Source: Cirrosporium novae-zelandiae
Lineage: Eukaryota
Length of the DNA stretch: 64,000 nt
NCBI GenBank assembly: GCA_026023565.1
Contig: JAPETS010000022.1
Coordinates: forward strand, 496,001 to 560,000
Direction of reading: 5' to 3'
Part shown: positions 39,059-50,835 of the stretch, piece after piece
Layout: each line of letters opens with the position of its first letter
Position numbering within the stretch: position 1 is the first letter of the stretch
The notes under the pieces: generated by a model
Databases searched by the model: none
Seen by the model: the letters and a program-made list of their open reading frames with translations, nothing else
Told to the model about the DNA's origin: nothing
Program-made: the position numbers and the translations under genes

Positions 39059-39733
39059 AGCTTGTGACTACATATTCAGCCGAGCAGATGAAACTGTACG
39101 ATATAAGATGAAAGGCTCGTTAATAGGTAGGTTTAGTGCCAGTGTATATTTTCTCTACGCCAAGGATGACCATCCCGACGTGATTTATATGCCCGAGGTG
39201 AATTAACAGCAGTATATATACATCATTTATAACAACAGCCACCTACGGCTTTAATAGACATATCCGATGACTCCCATTATTAATTCTCTTTCTTTTACAG
39301 TCTAGTTCCTCGTCTGCCTTCCACTACTTGGGAAAAGGCCAAAGAGATTTCAACCTTTGATATGTTTCCTCATCTCTATCCGACTATTTTCTCCACATAC
39401 CGTATAACTTCTACCTACCATGTCCCCTCATCTAGGGAAAAATTAATCTCTAGCTTATACCCCTAAGTGAATTAGACACCAGCTCGGCTCCTGAAGAACC
39501 AATCACCAATTACTAAACACGCTCCTGCTCACTTTAGCCTATATATACACACCCCCTTCGAATAAGTGGATTTACAGAATATCAACTCCCGATACACAAT
39601 CATTATTTATCTAATTACTTGATCTATATGATAGTGAACTATCACAGTCTAACTTCTCTTTCATTACTCCTAACAAATATATCTTTTCTTGCAGGGCGAT
39701 CTGAATTACAAAGTCCTCGGAAGCTCACGGATA

Positions 39734-41500
39734 CTACAATGTATACCTAAACATGACATTCTTCCCATCCGTCACATTCTCGAATCCCTGAATCCTACTC
39801 TCTTCTTGCAATGCTTGGAGTTCCTCCTCAGTTTTATTCCCCAAAGCCTGATCCCTTTTTTTATTTTCCCGGACATATAGAAACCTCAGCACCTGGTTGA
39901 GAACGAAATTGAAGCAGTACGCACACAACATCGCCTGAATGCCGGAATAATACCGTGGGTACTCTCTAGAGTAGAAGCACTGAGGGCCAGCGATCTGGCC
40001 CACACAGTACCCCACAAACGACATACCGGACGCGACGGTACGCTTTGTGCTTCCGGAGACATTGGAAGATAAGAGGTTAATAACGGCGAGGAAGCCGACG
40101 GGGTAGGAGGCTAGGAGCCATACGCCGACGAGACGACCCCATTTATTGTCAATAGCGAGGGTATTGATGACAACGGCGCCGACTATTGGGGGGATCATGG
40201 CAAGAGTAGCAATGTGCAGACGGCTGTTGGGAATGCGGGTGGAAAAGTAACCGGCTGAAAGATTGGAAACGGCTTGGAGAAATGAGAGGGGAATGTTTAA
40301 GAGAGTAGTTTGGAGGGAGGTGAAGCCAAATCCGCTGATGATTATGCTACCGAACTGAAGGTATGTTTGTAAGCTAGGAGAGTCTGAGAACGAGATGTGA
40401 GATTGAACATACACTGAGCCCCCCGGAGGGCATAGCATTGACGAAGGAAATGAGCATCAGCATGATGATCTTGGGGTCTGTGATGGCCTCGATCATTTGA
40501 GCCTTGGAAAAAGTTCGGGTTTTACTAGCTGAGGTGTTAGTAACTGGACATCTGTTTCTGACTCCTTCGGTGGGGGTTAAACTCACGTTCCAGTCTTGTT
40601 ATCTATCACCCGTTGAACAGCCATGACCTTCTCGTCCTCCGTCAGCCATTTCGCTGTGGCTGGATTATCAGGAACACGCCAGAGGAAAACAAAGCCCCAG
40701 ACAAAAGTGATGGAACCCAGGATAATATATATATATCTCCAAGGTGACAGACTTCCCGTAATATGTCCAATTCCGAAAGTCAGGAGACCTCCAATCATGC
40801 CAAAAGCACCCATCATAGCAACCCAGTATCCCGCCCTCGCAGCCTGCTCATTCCTCGTCCACCAAATCGCCGTAATAGCAACAAACCCCGGCGAAATGGT
40901 AGCTTCAAATATTCCCAAGAAAAACCGCACCGTCGCCAGACCAGCAAAAGAGCTACAAGACGCATGTATCAACAGAATCGCCGACCACGCAATAATATTA
41001 ACCCCCAGAAACTTGGCCAGCGGAAACCGCTGCAGCAGCGCCACACCCGGAAACTCGGCAATCAGATATCCAAAATAGAAGATGGAGCTCGCCCACGAGT
41101 ACTGCTGTCCCACGAGGTGGGTGTCCTCCTCCAGCCCGAACACGGCCGAGTAGCTCAGCGTCGTCTTGTCCAGGAACTGTAGCCCGTAGGTCACGCACAT
41201 GAAGGGGAGGATGTACCAGTCGATTTTCTTGAGGAGCTTTTTGGCCTCGTGCGGGTCGAGGGGTCCGCTGGCGAGGGCTTTCGCTGCGATGCTGCCGGCC
41301 TCATCGTCGAGGTTGAGAGTTGATTTCTCCACATCCACATTCACGTTGCTGGTGACCTTCTCGTTAACGATGGAGACGTCGGTGGCGGGTGATGCAGATG
41401 GCGGGGATATCTTCGAGGAGGCCGATTCGGGCCGATCTGTTGTCACCGTCGGTCCGACTTCCTTTTCGGTTGATTCGTTGCCGGCCATTCTGCTAATCAT
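39734..41500 (-). CDS. MFS transporter, allantoate/dipeptide permease (DAL5-like) family
   Basis: LLKKIDWYILPFMCVTYGLQFLDKTTLSY, YSWASSIFYFGY, RFFLGIFEA, WWTRNEQ, SNVSGSTKR, GQIAGPQ, FRYTL; introns 40586..40525 and 40412..40355; start 41500 or 41488. Confidence 0.93.
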
Positions 41501-42803
41501 CTAATTATCAACAGTACTTCGATAATCCGTACCAAGCCGAACTTGCAATAGCAATGTGAGATATTAATTGTTCAAGCCCAGACAACAAGGGAAATGGGAA
41601 ATCCTTCAAGCATTCCAAAAAGAAAAGAGAAAGGAATTTACACAAATGGGCATGATTCATATAATAATATATATACCTATCTAATCTGTCTATCTATCTA
41701 CGTATCTACATATCTAATCTACCCCCCCGAGCTAATTAAGTTGCATAGCTAATTAACCAGCTAGCCCTCCGCCGATCGGATGGGGGAGGGCAGACGTACG
41801 TACTCGAGTACATCCCCTCAAAAGATTAGAAAATATTTCTTCATTCACTCATTATTCAAAAAAAACAAAGGAGCCGAAATTATTATCCAGATGATAAGAA
41901 AAAAATTAAGCTAATTTTACAAGGTTTTGCTTGCTATTGATTGCATGCCATGTGCGATGCGATATGCGAAACGAAAATTAGTGTTGCCGAAGAGGTTTTC
42001 CTAGTTTGGAAGCTGAGTACGAAGGGTGTGGAGAGAAGACAAGAGAGAGAGGAGGGGGGGGGGGTTGATGGACTATTCCTCTCCTCATGCGATTGACTAA
42101 TGCTGTAGATAAACTAGATGGTTAATTTCTTGCTTTGCTTTGATTTACTTTACTTGCTCGCTTGTTTGTTGCGATGTGTGTCTACAGAATATCTCATGTG
42201 CCAAGCTCCGATTTGGCCCCCGGTTTATCGATTTGCAGGGACGAGAGTTACCGAGGCTTCGTTTGGATTGGACAACTGGGGACGGTGGTGGGAGATATGT
42301 ATCTGCCCTACCTCGGAGGTTAGCTAGCTGGTCACTTATTGGTAATTAGATAGACTCTTTGTCGTTTTAATTGAATTCAATTGAAACTTGCTGTATGTCC
42401 AACTAACTAACTAGTTGGCTATCCATCCATCTACCTCGTGTTATTTTCTTTTCTTTTTCCTTTTTGCATACTTACTTGCTTTACTTGCCATGGCTGACTG
42501 CCAATTGACTAATTGAATATTATCCGATATTTGAAAGTAGAAGGGAAACAACCTTTCGATTCTTTCTGGATGGTAATTAATCGACATTCTACGAGGTGAA
42601 GTGTGTGTTCATTGTCTCGTCTGTTTGTTTTGGGGGGTACCGGATTTTAACAGCTATCTATATAGCTCCAACTACCTTTCTACCTCCATAAGCCAACCAA
42701 CCAACCAACCCACTATCAATTAACCACCTTCCCAAAAGCCAAAGGCTAGAAGCCAGCAACAAAAACACCAAAAAGCCAAAGCCAAACTCAAACTCAACAC
42801 AAG

Positions 42804-44330
42804 ATGGACCCAACCTCCTGGCCCTACGACGACCTAGACTTCCCCCTCACACCCACCCCCACCAACTCCAACTCCAACTCCACTTCCACAACCACCAGCA
42901 CCAACATCACCCAAACCCCAACCGACCCCTCCTGCCCCGACTACCTCCCCTACATCTCCACCTACATCTCCACCACCCTCAGCCCTATAATATGGCCCAT
43001 AAACCTCAAGATCCACGACAACCCCGAGCTGAACTATGAGGAGCACATCGCGCACGACACCCTAACGGGGTTTCTGGAGACCAGACCCGGGTGGAAGGTC
43101 ACCCGGCATGCGTATGGGATCGAGACTGCTTTTGTTGCTGTGTTTGATGGTGGGAGGGAGGGGCCTGTGGTTTCGTTTAATGCGGAGTATGGTGAGTTTT
43201 TCTTTCTTTTTTTTGGTTTTGTGGTTTGAGGAGTGCGTTTTTTCTCTTTTCTTTTCGTAGGGGGGGGGGGGAAGAGAGAATGGAGAGGAGATTTATATGT
43301 GTACTTGATCGATGGAGTGTATTCCGTTCTCCCTTATTACAATCATATTCTTATACATGCATGTATAAAAGACGCCCTCCCAGGAGTCGGGGTACACGCC
43401 TGCGGCCACAACCTAATCATGTCGGCCTCCCTCGCTGCAGCCCTAACCACGGCATCCACGATGGAAAAACACAGCCTCCCAGGAAAAGTAATCCTCTTCG
43501 GCACGCCCGCCGAAGAAGGCGGTGGAGGAAAAATCAAACTCCTAAACGCAGGCGCCTACACCTCCAACAAAGTCGACGTATCCCTCATGGCGCACCCAGG
43601 AACCACCCCAGACGCCGCCCTCGTCTCCACAGCTGCCTACCTCCGCTTCAGAGTGGAATACTTTGGCAAAGAAGCCCACGCGGCCGCCGCACCCTGGGAA
43701 GGAATCAACGCCCTGGACGCCCTCATCACAGCCTACAACGCCCTCTCAGTACTGCGCCAACAATCCCGTCCTGGTTCCATAATCCAAGGCCACATCACCT
43801 CCGGCGGCGCCGCGCCAAACGTAATCCACGCCTACGCCGCCGGTGTCTTCATCGTCCGTGCCAACACCAAACCCGACCTCTCCCACCTCTTCTCAAAAGT
43901 AAAAGCCTGTTTCGTCGCCGGCGCCACCGCCACTGGTGCAAAACTCTCCCTCACCGTCGTCTCCGGCTACGACGACATGGCCCCCAACCACACCCTCGGC
44001 TACTTCTACCGCCATTTCTTTAACCAGCTCAGCGGCGACGGGACAACAATCCCACCACCTGAAATCGATATCATTGAGGGGAGGAGCGGGGCGAGTACTG
44101 ATCAGGGAAATGTGAGCCATGCGATGCCGGCGCTGCACCCGGGGTTTCAGATTGAGAGTAAGGAGGGCCCGCATAATCCGGGCTTTGCGGATGCGGCGAG
44201 GACGCGGGAGGCATTTGAGAAGGCATTGATGGTTGCCAAGGCGTTGGCGGCGACGGGGGTGGAGGTTTTGGCTAGGAAGGGATTGAGGGAGGAGGCGTGG
44301 AAGGAGTGGAGGGATACGGTTAAGGAATGA
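42804..44330 (+). CDS. Peptidase M20 amidohydrolase (Acy1L2/PM20D2-like)
   Basis: IHDNPELNYEE, FNAEY|DALPGVGVHACGHNLI (intron 43192..43371), GTPAEEGGGGK, GKEAHAAAAPWEGINALDA, STDQGNVSH. Confidence 0.93.
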
Positions 44331-44657
44331 TTGGGGGGGGGGTAGACAATGCTATCATAGGATGGGGTGAAGGGAGGGATTGCGAGGTGGTGGGGGGGCG
44401 TAGACAATATAATCTCTGAAATCGTTGATATGTATATATAAATATATACAGTACATACGTATTATAACACAACCCAAGTTATATATCCTATTGTAACACG
44501 AGCCCTGTTACTTTTCGCCTAGTTACCTAGGTACCGAGGTAGGTATGCAAAAATTTTGTAACATTGGCTTGCTTTGCCTTTTAACCCTTCTATAATATTA
44601 ACAATACTGGTATGTGCATCAATTATTACTTACGTTCCGGTTATTAGGGTTAAAACA

Positions 44658-46033
44658 ATGGCAACGGTTCTGCGGTTTGCCCAACGCCTTCTGCGTCGGG
44701 CTCCTTCACCACCCAGACCAAGACAAACGCGCATGGGGTTTCATGTTCTCGACAAAACACAGAAGTTTGAGGAGGAGAATCTTGCATAGTGCACCTGAAA
44801 AATTCTATCCAGTTCGCATATGGGATATTTTCTGCGAAAAGTATCAGGTGATTGGCAAACTTGGATATGGTGCATATTCCACAGTCTGGCTATCTCGTCA
44901 TGCTGGAGCTCAGTGAGTACGAACGCTGCTAGATACCTTTGAGACTACGACGGCTGCAGGCAATCATATCTGCCTGGTTCATAAGCCTCTCGGTCTACAA
45001 TTATCTGAATTCCAAGCGCTATGTCCTTCGGGCAAGCTGCCCCAGGATGTTTTGAAACTCATCTTAATTCACATACTTCTCGCTCTTGATTACCTTCATA
45101 CTGAATGCCATTTGATACACACAGGTGGGCTTCTCAATTTGCAGCGCCAGCACTGAGTCGGACTAATATCTTGTATTGTGATCCTTGGTTTTAATTGCCG
45201 CCTCAGATATCCAAGCGAAAATATTCTTTTAGGTATTGATGATGAGACGGTTCTTATAAACTTTGAAGAAGCTGAGGTAAATGATCCAAGTCCGTGCAAG
45301 GTCGATGGGGATCGTGTCATCTATATATCCCGGCAGCTTCGTGTCCGAGGCAGTGTCGGACGCCCGGTGCTATGCGATTTTGGCAAGGCCCGAATTGGGG
45401 ATAAAGAGTTCGACGATGATATCCAGCCGTACCTATATCGCGCCCCTGAGGTTATTTTACAAATTCCATGGAACAACAAGGCAGACATATGGAATTTAGG
45501 AGTAATGGTACGTCGTTGATACTTTGATATAATGAGTTTCATGCTACCCAACACCTGCAAAGTGATTTTGGTCGTTACTAACTCCAAAAAGGTTTGGGAT
45601 CTTGCCCAGAGTAGACATCTTCTTGAAGCTCAAGATGCAAACAACGAGTGCTCAAATGCACGACACCTCGCCGAGATGATTGCCCGACTTGGTTCCCCTC
45701 CAAAATCATTCCTCCAGCGAAGCAAAGTCATAACAAAAATTTTTGATATTAATGGTTAGTTTCTGTCATTATGTTATTCCTCCCTCACATTATTATACGA
45801 GAACAACGAAAACATCTACAGGTGTATAAATGGGAGCTGATGTGTATCTTCAAGGTAACTGGAAAGGAGATGTCGAAATACCCTCACTCTCGCTAGAAGA
45901 ACTCGAGGAGAATCTCGAAGGAGTGGACAAAACTCTCTTCCTGCAATTTATGCGTACGATGCTACGATGGGTTCCTGAGGAACGAAAATCTGCTCTCGAA
46001 CTACTAGAAGATCCCTGGTTAAACTCCCGCTAG
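44658..46033 (+). pseudogene. SRPK-like (CMGC) protein kinase pseudogene
   Basis: EEENLA* stop and frameshift near 44787-44791; FYPVRI..KYQVIGKLGYGAYSTVWL; segment with the catalytic Lys (VALK) deleted near 44914-44920; frameshift in HTDIQxxNILL near 45215-45222; later LCDFG, YRAPEV, DIWNLG intact. Confidence 0.85.
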
Positions 46034-46899
46034 ACAATAACTGCAAGCGACGTTGATAACTTGGGATCTCTCAACACATACTTACATTAATTAGCCAAGC
46101 CGGAGGACTCTCGAACGCCCTCAATACGAGTTGTGAGATCCATTATTATCAGATGGATTTTTTTTGGCAGTAGAATTTACCAAAAGATGACAATCGGCAC
46201 GCGACCTTTCAAGAAAAGGCTTAACGACCTGATAGGCACATTTACCCCCTTATCGCAGATCTTAACAATTCTTGAGATAGGTTGAAATTAATTTGGGCAA
46301 ATTTTGTGTCGACTTAGGACTGAATGATTTTTGCTACCGGTCAGTACAAACATGTATTGTGTTTATATGCTTTCTCAATCCAGTCTCCATGTTATCATGT
46401 TGATGTATAGTATTATATGTGTTTCATTTCACATAGTCCACGAAATAAAAGATGCCGAGGGAAATTGAGGCTTTGTTCCTTTTCTTCCCTGTCTTTCTTT
46501 CCCTTCTTTTATTTTATTTCCTACAACGTTTAGCTAAAAGGAGTTCCTTGTGAGCAGTGAGCCATCAGTGATGAACCATTCCGGGTTATCATATCACCGA
46601 TTTTTTTTTCATAGAAAAGTAACATCAGAATATATATGTCGCAAGGCTGATATGGTGTATACATATAGAACAATTCAAAATTCTGCCCAGGTCCCCCCCC
46701 CCACGAACGAACCAAGGATAAGTTTTGATTTTTTTTTTTTGTGTATCGCATTCCCCCGGGGACACACAGAATGACATTGTCAGTCAGGGCGTGAACAAAT
46801 TATATCTAGTTATCTATCCTTTGATTAAAAGAATTATATCTAAGTGGGCTTTTAGGTTCTGAATTTTATAGTAGAAGAAGAAGAGGGGATCAAGAAAGA

Positions 46900-49200
46900 C
46901 CACCCACCAGCGAGGGGAGAAGTACATGTATAAGGTTATATAAAGGAGTTCTTCTTATACTCTTCACCACCACTAACATCGCCACAACCCATAGCCTATA
47001 TCTATCTATCTATCTATCTATGTAGCTAGCTAGTTAACTAACTAATCAGTGTTCCACTATCCTCCTCCTCCTTTTCCCTCTTCTTTCTTTTACAGATAGT
47101 TCCCATCTATGTATCTATGTATCTATGTATCCATCCCACAATAATACTAATACCGAAAAAACCACAACCCTAGCCGTTTTTGCCATCAAAAGATCCAGTA
47201 CAGTACTTCAACCACCAACCCCCCTTACCTTTTATTTCTTTCCCCTTATCCTCCCTCCTTCAACCTCCAACATCCTAAAAAAAAAACCCCCACAGGACGC
47301 TTGCATAAGGATTCCATTCCATTCCATTCCCTCGACCACAGGACACAGGCCACAGGCCACAATTAGCTAGACTAGGTTAGGTTAACTAAAAAAAACGCGA
47401 TCGTAAGAACTTTTCTTTTTATCTCAATATGGAAGTATTGTCTTGGGAAGTGAAGTGGGAGGAGAGGAGAGGAGAGGAGAGGAGAGGAGAGGAGAGGAGA
47501 GGGAAATGGGAATGGAAGAAAAGGGATAGAGAGAGAGTTAATTACGTACGTAAATGATTAACGAGAAATGGTGAGGTAAAGGAACCGTTTATATTATTTA
47601 TGGAAGGAGGAGGAGGGGAGAAAATGGGAAATACGAAATAGGAAAGAGAGATATAAGGGGTAGGTAGGTAGGTAGGTAGATAAGGGTATGTATAATCAAA
47701 TATTTGAGGGACGAGATTTGGATTTGGATTTGGATTTGGGGGGGGACGATATTGTTATTAGATATAAAAAGAAAGAAAAAAGGATGGAAGTATTTGGAAT
47801 GGGATGGGATGGGATGGGATGGGGATGTTAGAGGGAGGGAAGGTACATGTACAAATAATCTTCTTCTTCTTCTTTGAGCCTACGTCTGCGTCCTCGTCTT
47901 GCATCTGTCTGGGGGAGGGAAGGGAGCAGGCAAACAGGTAGGCAACCAAGGCAGGCAAGGCGGATATAAATAAAGATAAATAAGGATAAATAAAGCATAG
48001 GTTATATATATACATACATCCACCGGCATACAAATACAAATCTTTCCTCCTCCTCCTCCTCTTTTTCTTCTTCTTTACCCCTTTTTTTCCCCTCCCCCCC
48101 TTTTTTATAAATTTATTAAATAAATTTCTCAAATATGAAAAAAACACTTAAGGAAAAAAACGGGTGAGAAAATTAATAAGGATTATGAATTTATTTATTT
48201 TTTTTTGATAGAGGGGGTTTTATTAGGGGAAGGAAGTGGAAGGGGGGGGAAGGGAAAAAAAAAAAAAGAAAGAAAATGTGGGGGTTGGGATTTGGGATTT
48301 GGAAGTTTTCAAATGGGGAGAGTGTATAAGGGTGTATTGGATGGGGCCGAGGGTGGTTCGCATGTTTGAATGTGCATTCAACGACATTGGAGAATTAAAG
48401 CGAATGCACATTCAAACATACGAACCACCCTCGGGCGCATAGGATAAACGAAATGAAACCATATATAAAAAAGAAATATATTTCCATTTACCATTTACCA
48501 TTTACTTTATTTTATTTATTGTAAAGGGGAGTGGGAATAACAAAGGTAGAAAAAAAAAGGAATAAGGAATAGGGGAAAATAAGGAATAAGGAAAGAAAAG
48601 TTGGTTTAGTAGCTACTGTAGACTGTGACGGCTGAGTAAGTGAGGGAGTAAGTGAGAAAAGGAAGGGAGGGGGGGAGGGAGTGTTTGCTTGTGTTGGTTG
48701 TGTTGGTTTTGTTGGACATACCCTTGCCTACCTGCTTATCCTACCTGTGCCTCTAGTCCCATTATGTTGAAAAAAAAAAAGAAGTTAGTTTGTCAGCTGT
48801 GGGGGCTGTGTGAGGGGACGAAGTATTTGGTTGAATATACCATTCCCCCCATCTATCTATCTACCTAGGTACCTACCTAATTACCTACTTACTTTTTGGT
48901 TCCATTGTGGATTGTATTGAAGAAGAAAAAAAAACTTTGTAGATTAAATATTTTCGACTCGATTCGATCATTGTTTCGTAGGGAGCAAGGAGGCAAGGAC
49001 AATGAAAGCAGAACTATTTATATATATATATTTGGACATATGTGTAGATATATATGTATGTATATATATGCAAAAAAAACCAAATAATGAACATGAACTC
49101 CGCATACAAGATGGAGAGATTAGATAGGGATAGGTTTAAAGAGGAAAGACCCCTTGAAAACCCCTGCCACACCCTACCATACCCCCCCTAGATTAAACAA
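46900..49200. repeat. Second microsatellite-dense block (TATC, TATGTATC, ATTCC, GGAGA, TAGG, GATTTG, GGGAT, poly-A/G, TA)
   Basis: Simple repeats read directly; no credible coding frame. Confidence 0.85.
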
Positions 49201-49565
49201 AGAACAGAACAGAACCAACTCCATAGCTTAGTTCTAATGCGATAAAATGGGTATATAATCACGCCAGCCTTCAATCCATTAATCCAATAAGCTGATGCAC
49301 ATCCTTTTCGTAAGGGGTACCCCTATTAATAGGCGAGCGATTTATCGATCTCATATGTTGCGTTGTTGAAAAGGGGAGGGGGGGTGAATGTGTTCAACGA
49401 TGGAAGACGACTGTACAGTGTTTGCCTCGGGAAAGCCATTCTCTCTCTCCTTCTTCATGTCCTCACCCGTGGAAAATAAACGTTATTTCCTTGCAATCAC
49501 ACATAGCAAAGTGAGAAAATCAGCAAACCCTCAAGCAACCAGGCCTCCAATGACCTAGCAAATGT

Positions 49566-50207
49566 TCAAAAAGTAATAGAAAGAAGTCCTAGACCTTTCT
49601 TCGCTATTCCCTTCATCAAGAGAATTGGTTTTCTCCGCTGATGTATCTTATAGAGATTCCAAAGCCGTGCCAAATTCTCGAGATTGTCAATGAGACCTTT
49701 CAAGCGTTTCAGATTCGCTTTGAATTCGGGTTCGGCGAAGATGGCCCATTTGAGCCTGACGAAGAGGGGTTGTCGTTGGTGGCTGTGGCTCCGGTTTAAG
49801 AGCGTGGAAGTACGAGTACGAACGTGGATTTTTAAGCTGATGGGTGGCCTCTTCAACTTCTTCTTGTCCGTTGACTTGTTGTACACCTTTTGAATATTGT
49901 GGGCATTGGTGAGAAGGGCCTCGACAGCACGTAGTGCCTGGCCGATGGCGTCCCTTGCTGCCGGATTCTTGAGGCCAGGGTGATTGGCGACTGTGCTCTT
50001 AGGATAGTATTCTCCCGCTGGCATAAGACCAACAGACTCGCCCCAGGTGCGGAATCTTTCTCGTTGGAGTGAGAGGTCAGCGCAGAGCACTTCGTAGTTT
50101 TGGTCCAATTTGCGTGTGGTCATAATGATGTCGATGCAGTTAATGCAGGACTCGCAGAGGCTGATTAGGCCGACAGCCCCAAGAACAAGGCCGGCTACTT
50201 CTGCCAT
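49566..50207 (-). CDS. Stand-alone HeLo-domain protein (HET-S N-terminal-like), 213 aa
   Basis: MAEVAGLVLGAVGLISLCESCINC...DQNYEVLCADLSLQRERFRTWGESVGL and KWAIFAEPEFKANLKRLKGLIDNLENL follow the HeLo pattern. Confidence 0.85.
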   Translation of the reverse strand: MAEVAGLVLGAVGLISLCESCINCIDIIMTTRKLDQNYEVLCADLSLQRERFRTWGESVGLMPAGEYYPKSTVANHPGLKNPAARDAIGQALRAVEALLTNAHNIQKVYNKSTDKKKLKRPPISLKIHVRTRTSTLLNRSHSHQRQPLFVRLKWAIFAEPEFKANLKRLKGLIDNLENLARLWNLYKIHQRRKPILLMKGIAKKGLGLLSITF

Positions 50208-50835
50208 CGGACAGATATTAAAGGATTAAATGAATAATGGGGACTATAAAAATAAGTTTAGAGAAGATAATCCCACAAGATCTAGAAATGAATATAAAGA
50301 AGGAGAAGAAGAGAAGGAGGAGATCGAGGAAGAAGATGAATTAATAAAAAAAATGTCCCATTCTGAGCGAGTTTTTTGGGAATCAGATCGAAGGCAGAGC
50401 TTCGCCCTGATGTGGCTTGACCAAGGACGAGAAGTTTATGTTTGATCTTCTACTGTCCCCTTCTCAGCTCAACTTTTCTCGTTTGGAACCTTTAAGTAAT
50501 CCTGCTGCGCCTGTACCACAATATGAGGGAACTTAAGCGCAGTTTGGCGTCTACTACATCTTCCAGAATCTTTTTATGCCTTGTTTCATCCTCATACTCC
50601 AATACTGCCTTATACAACTAGTATCTCTTGTTCCAGCGACTTTGACTTTGACCGATTTTACTCTGTGACTTTGCTCCTTGGGTATATTTCTCTTGCGCCC
50701 TCTAAACTTCCCTAATGTCCCGTAGGTTTCTAGCTTCCTAGCTATCTCCTACTACTTTGAGCTTGGGTCACAGGTTCTCGACTAGTCGAGATGTAACAAT
50801 GTGCAAAAGTAAACGCTGTTGTAAGTGTCATGGCA

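Noticed and set aside
43226..44023. 265 aa Arg/Pro-rich ORF
   Set aside because: Alternative frame of the C-rich M20 exon
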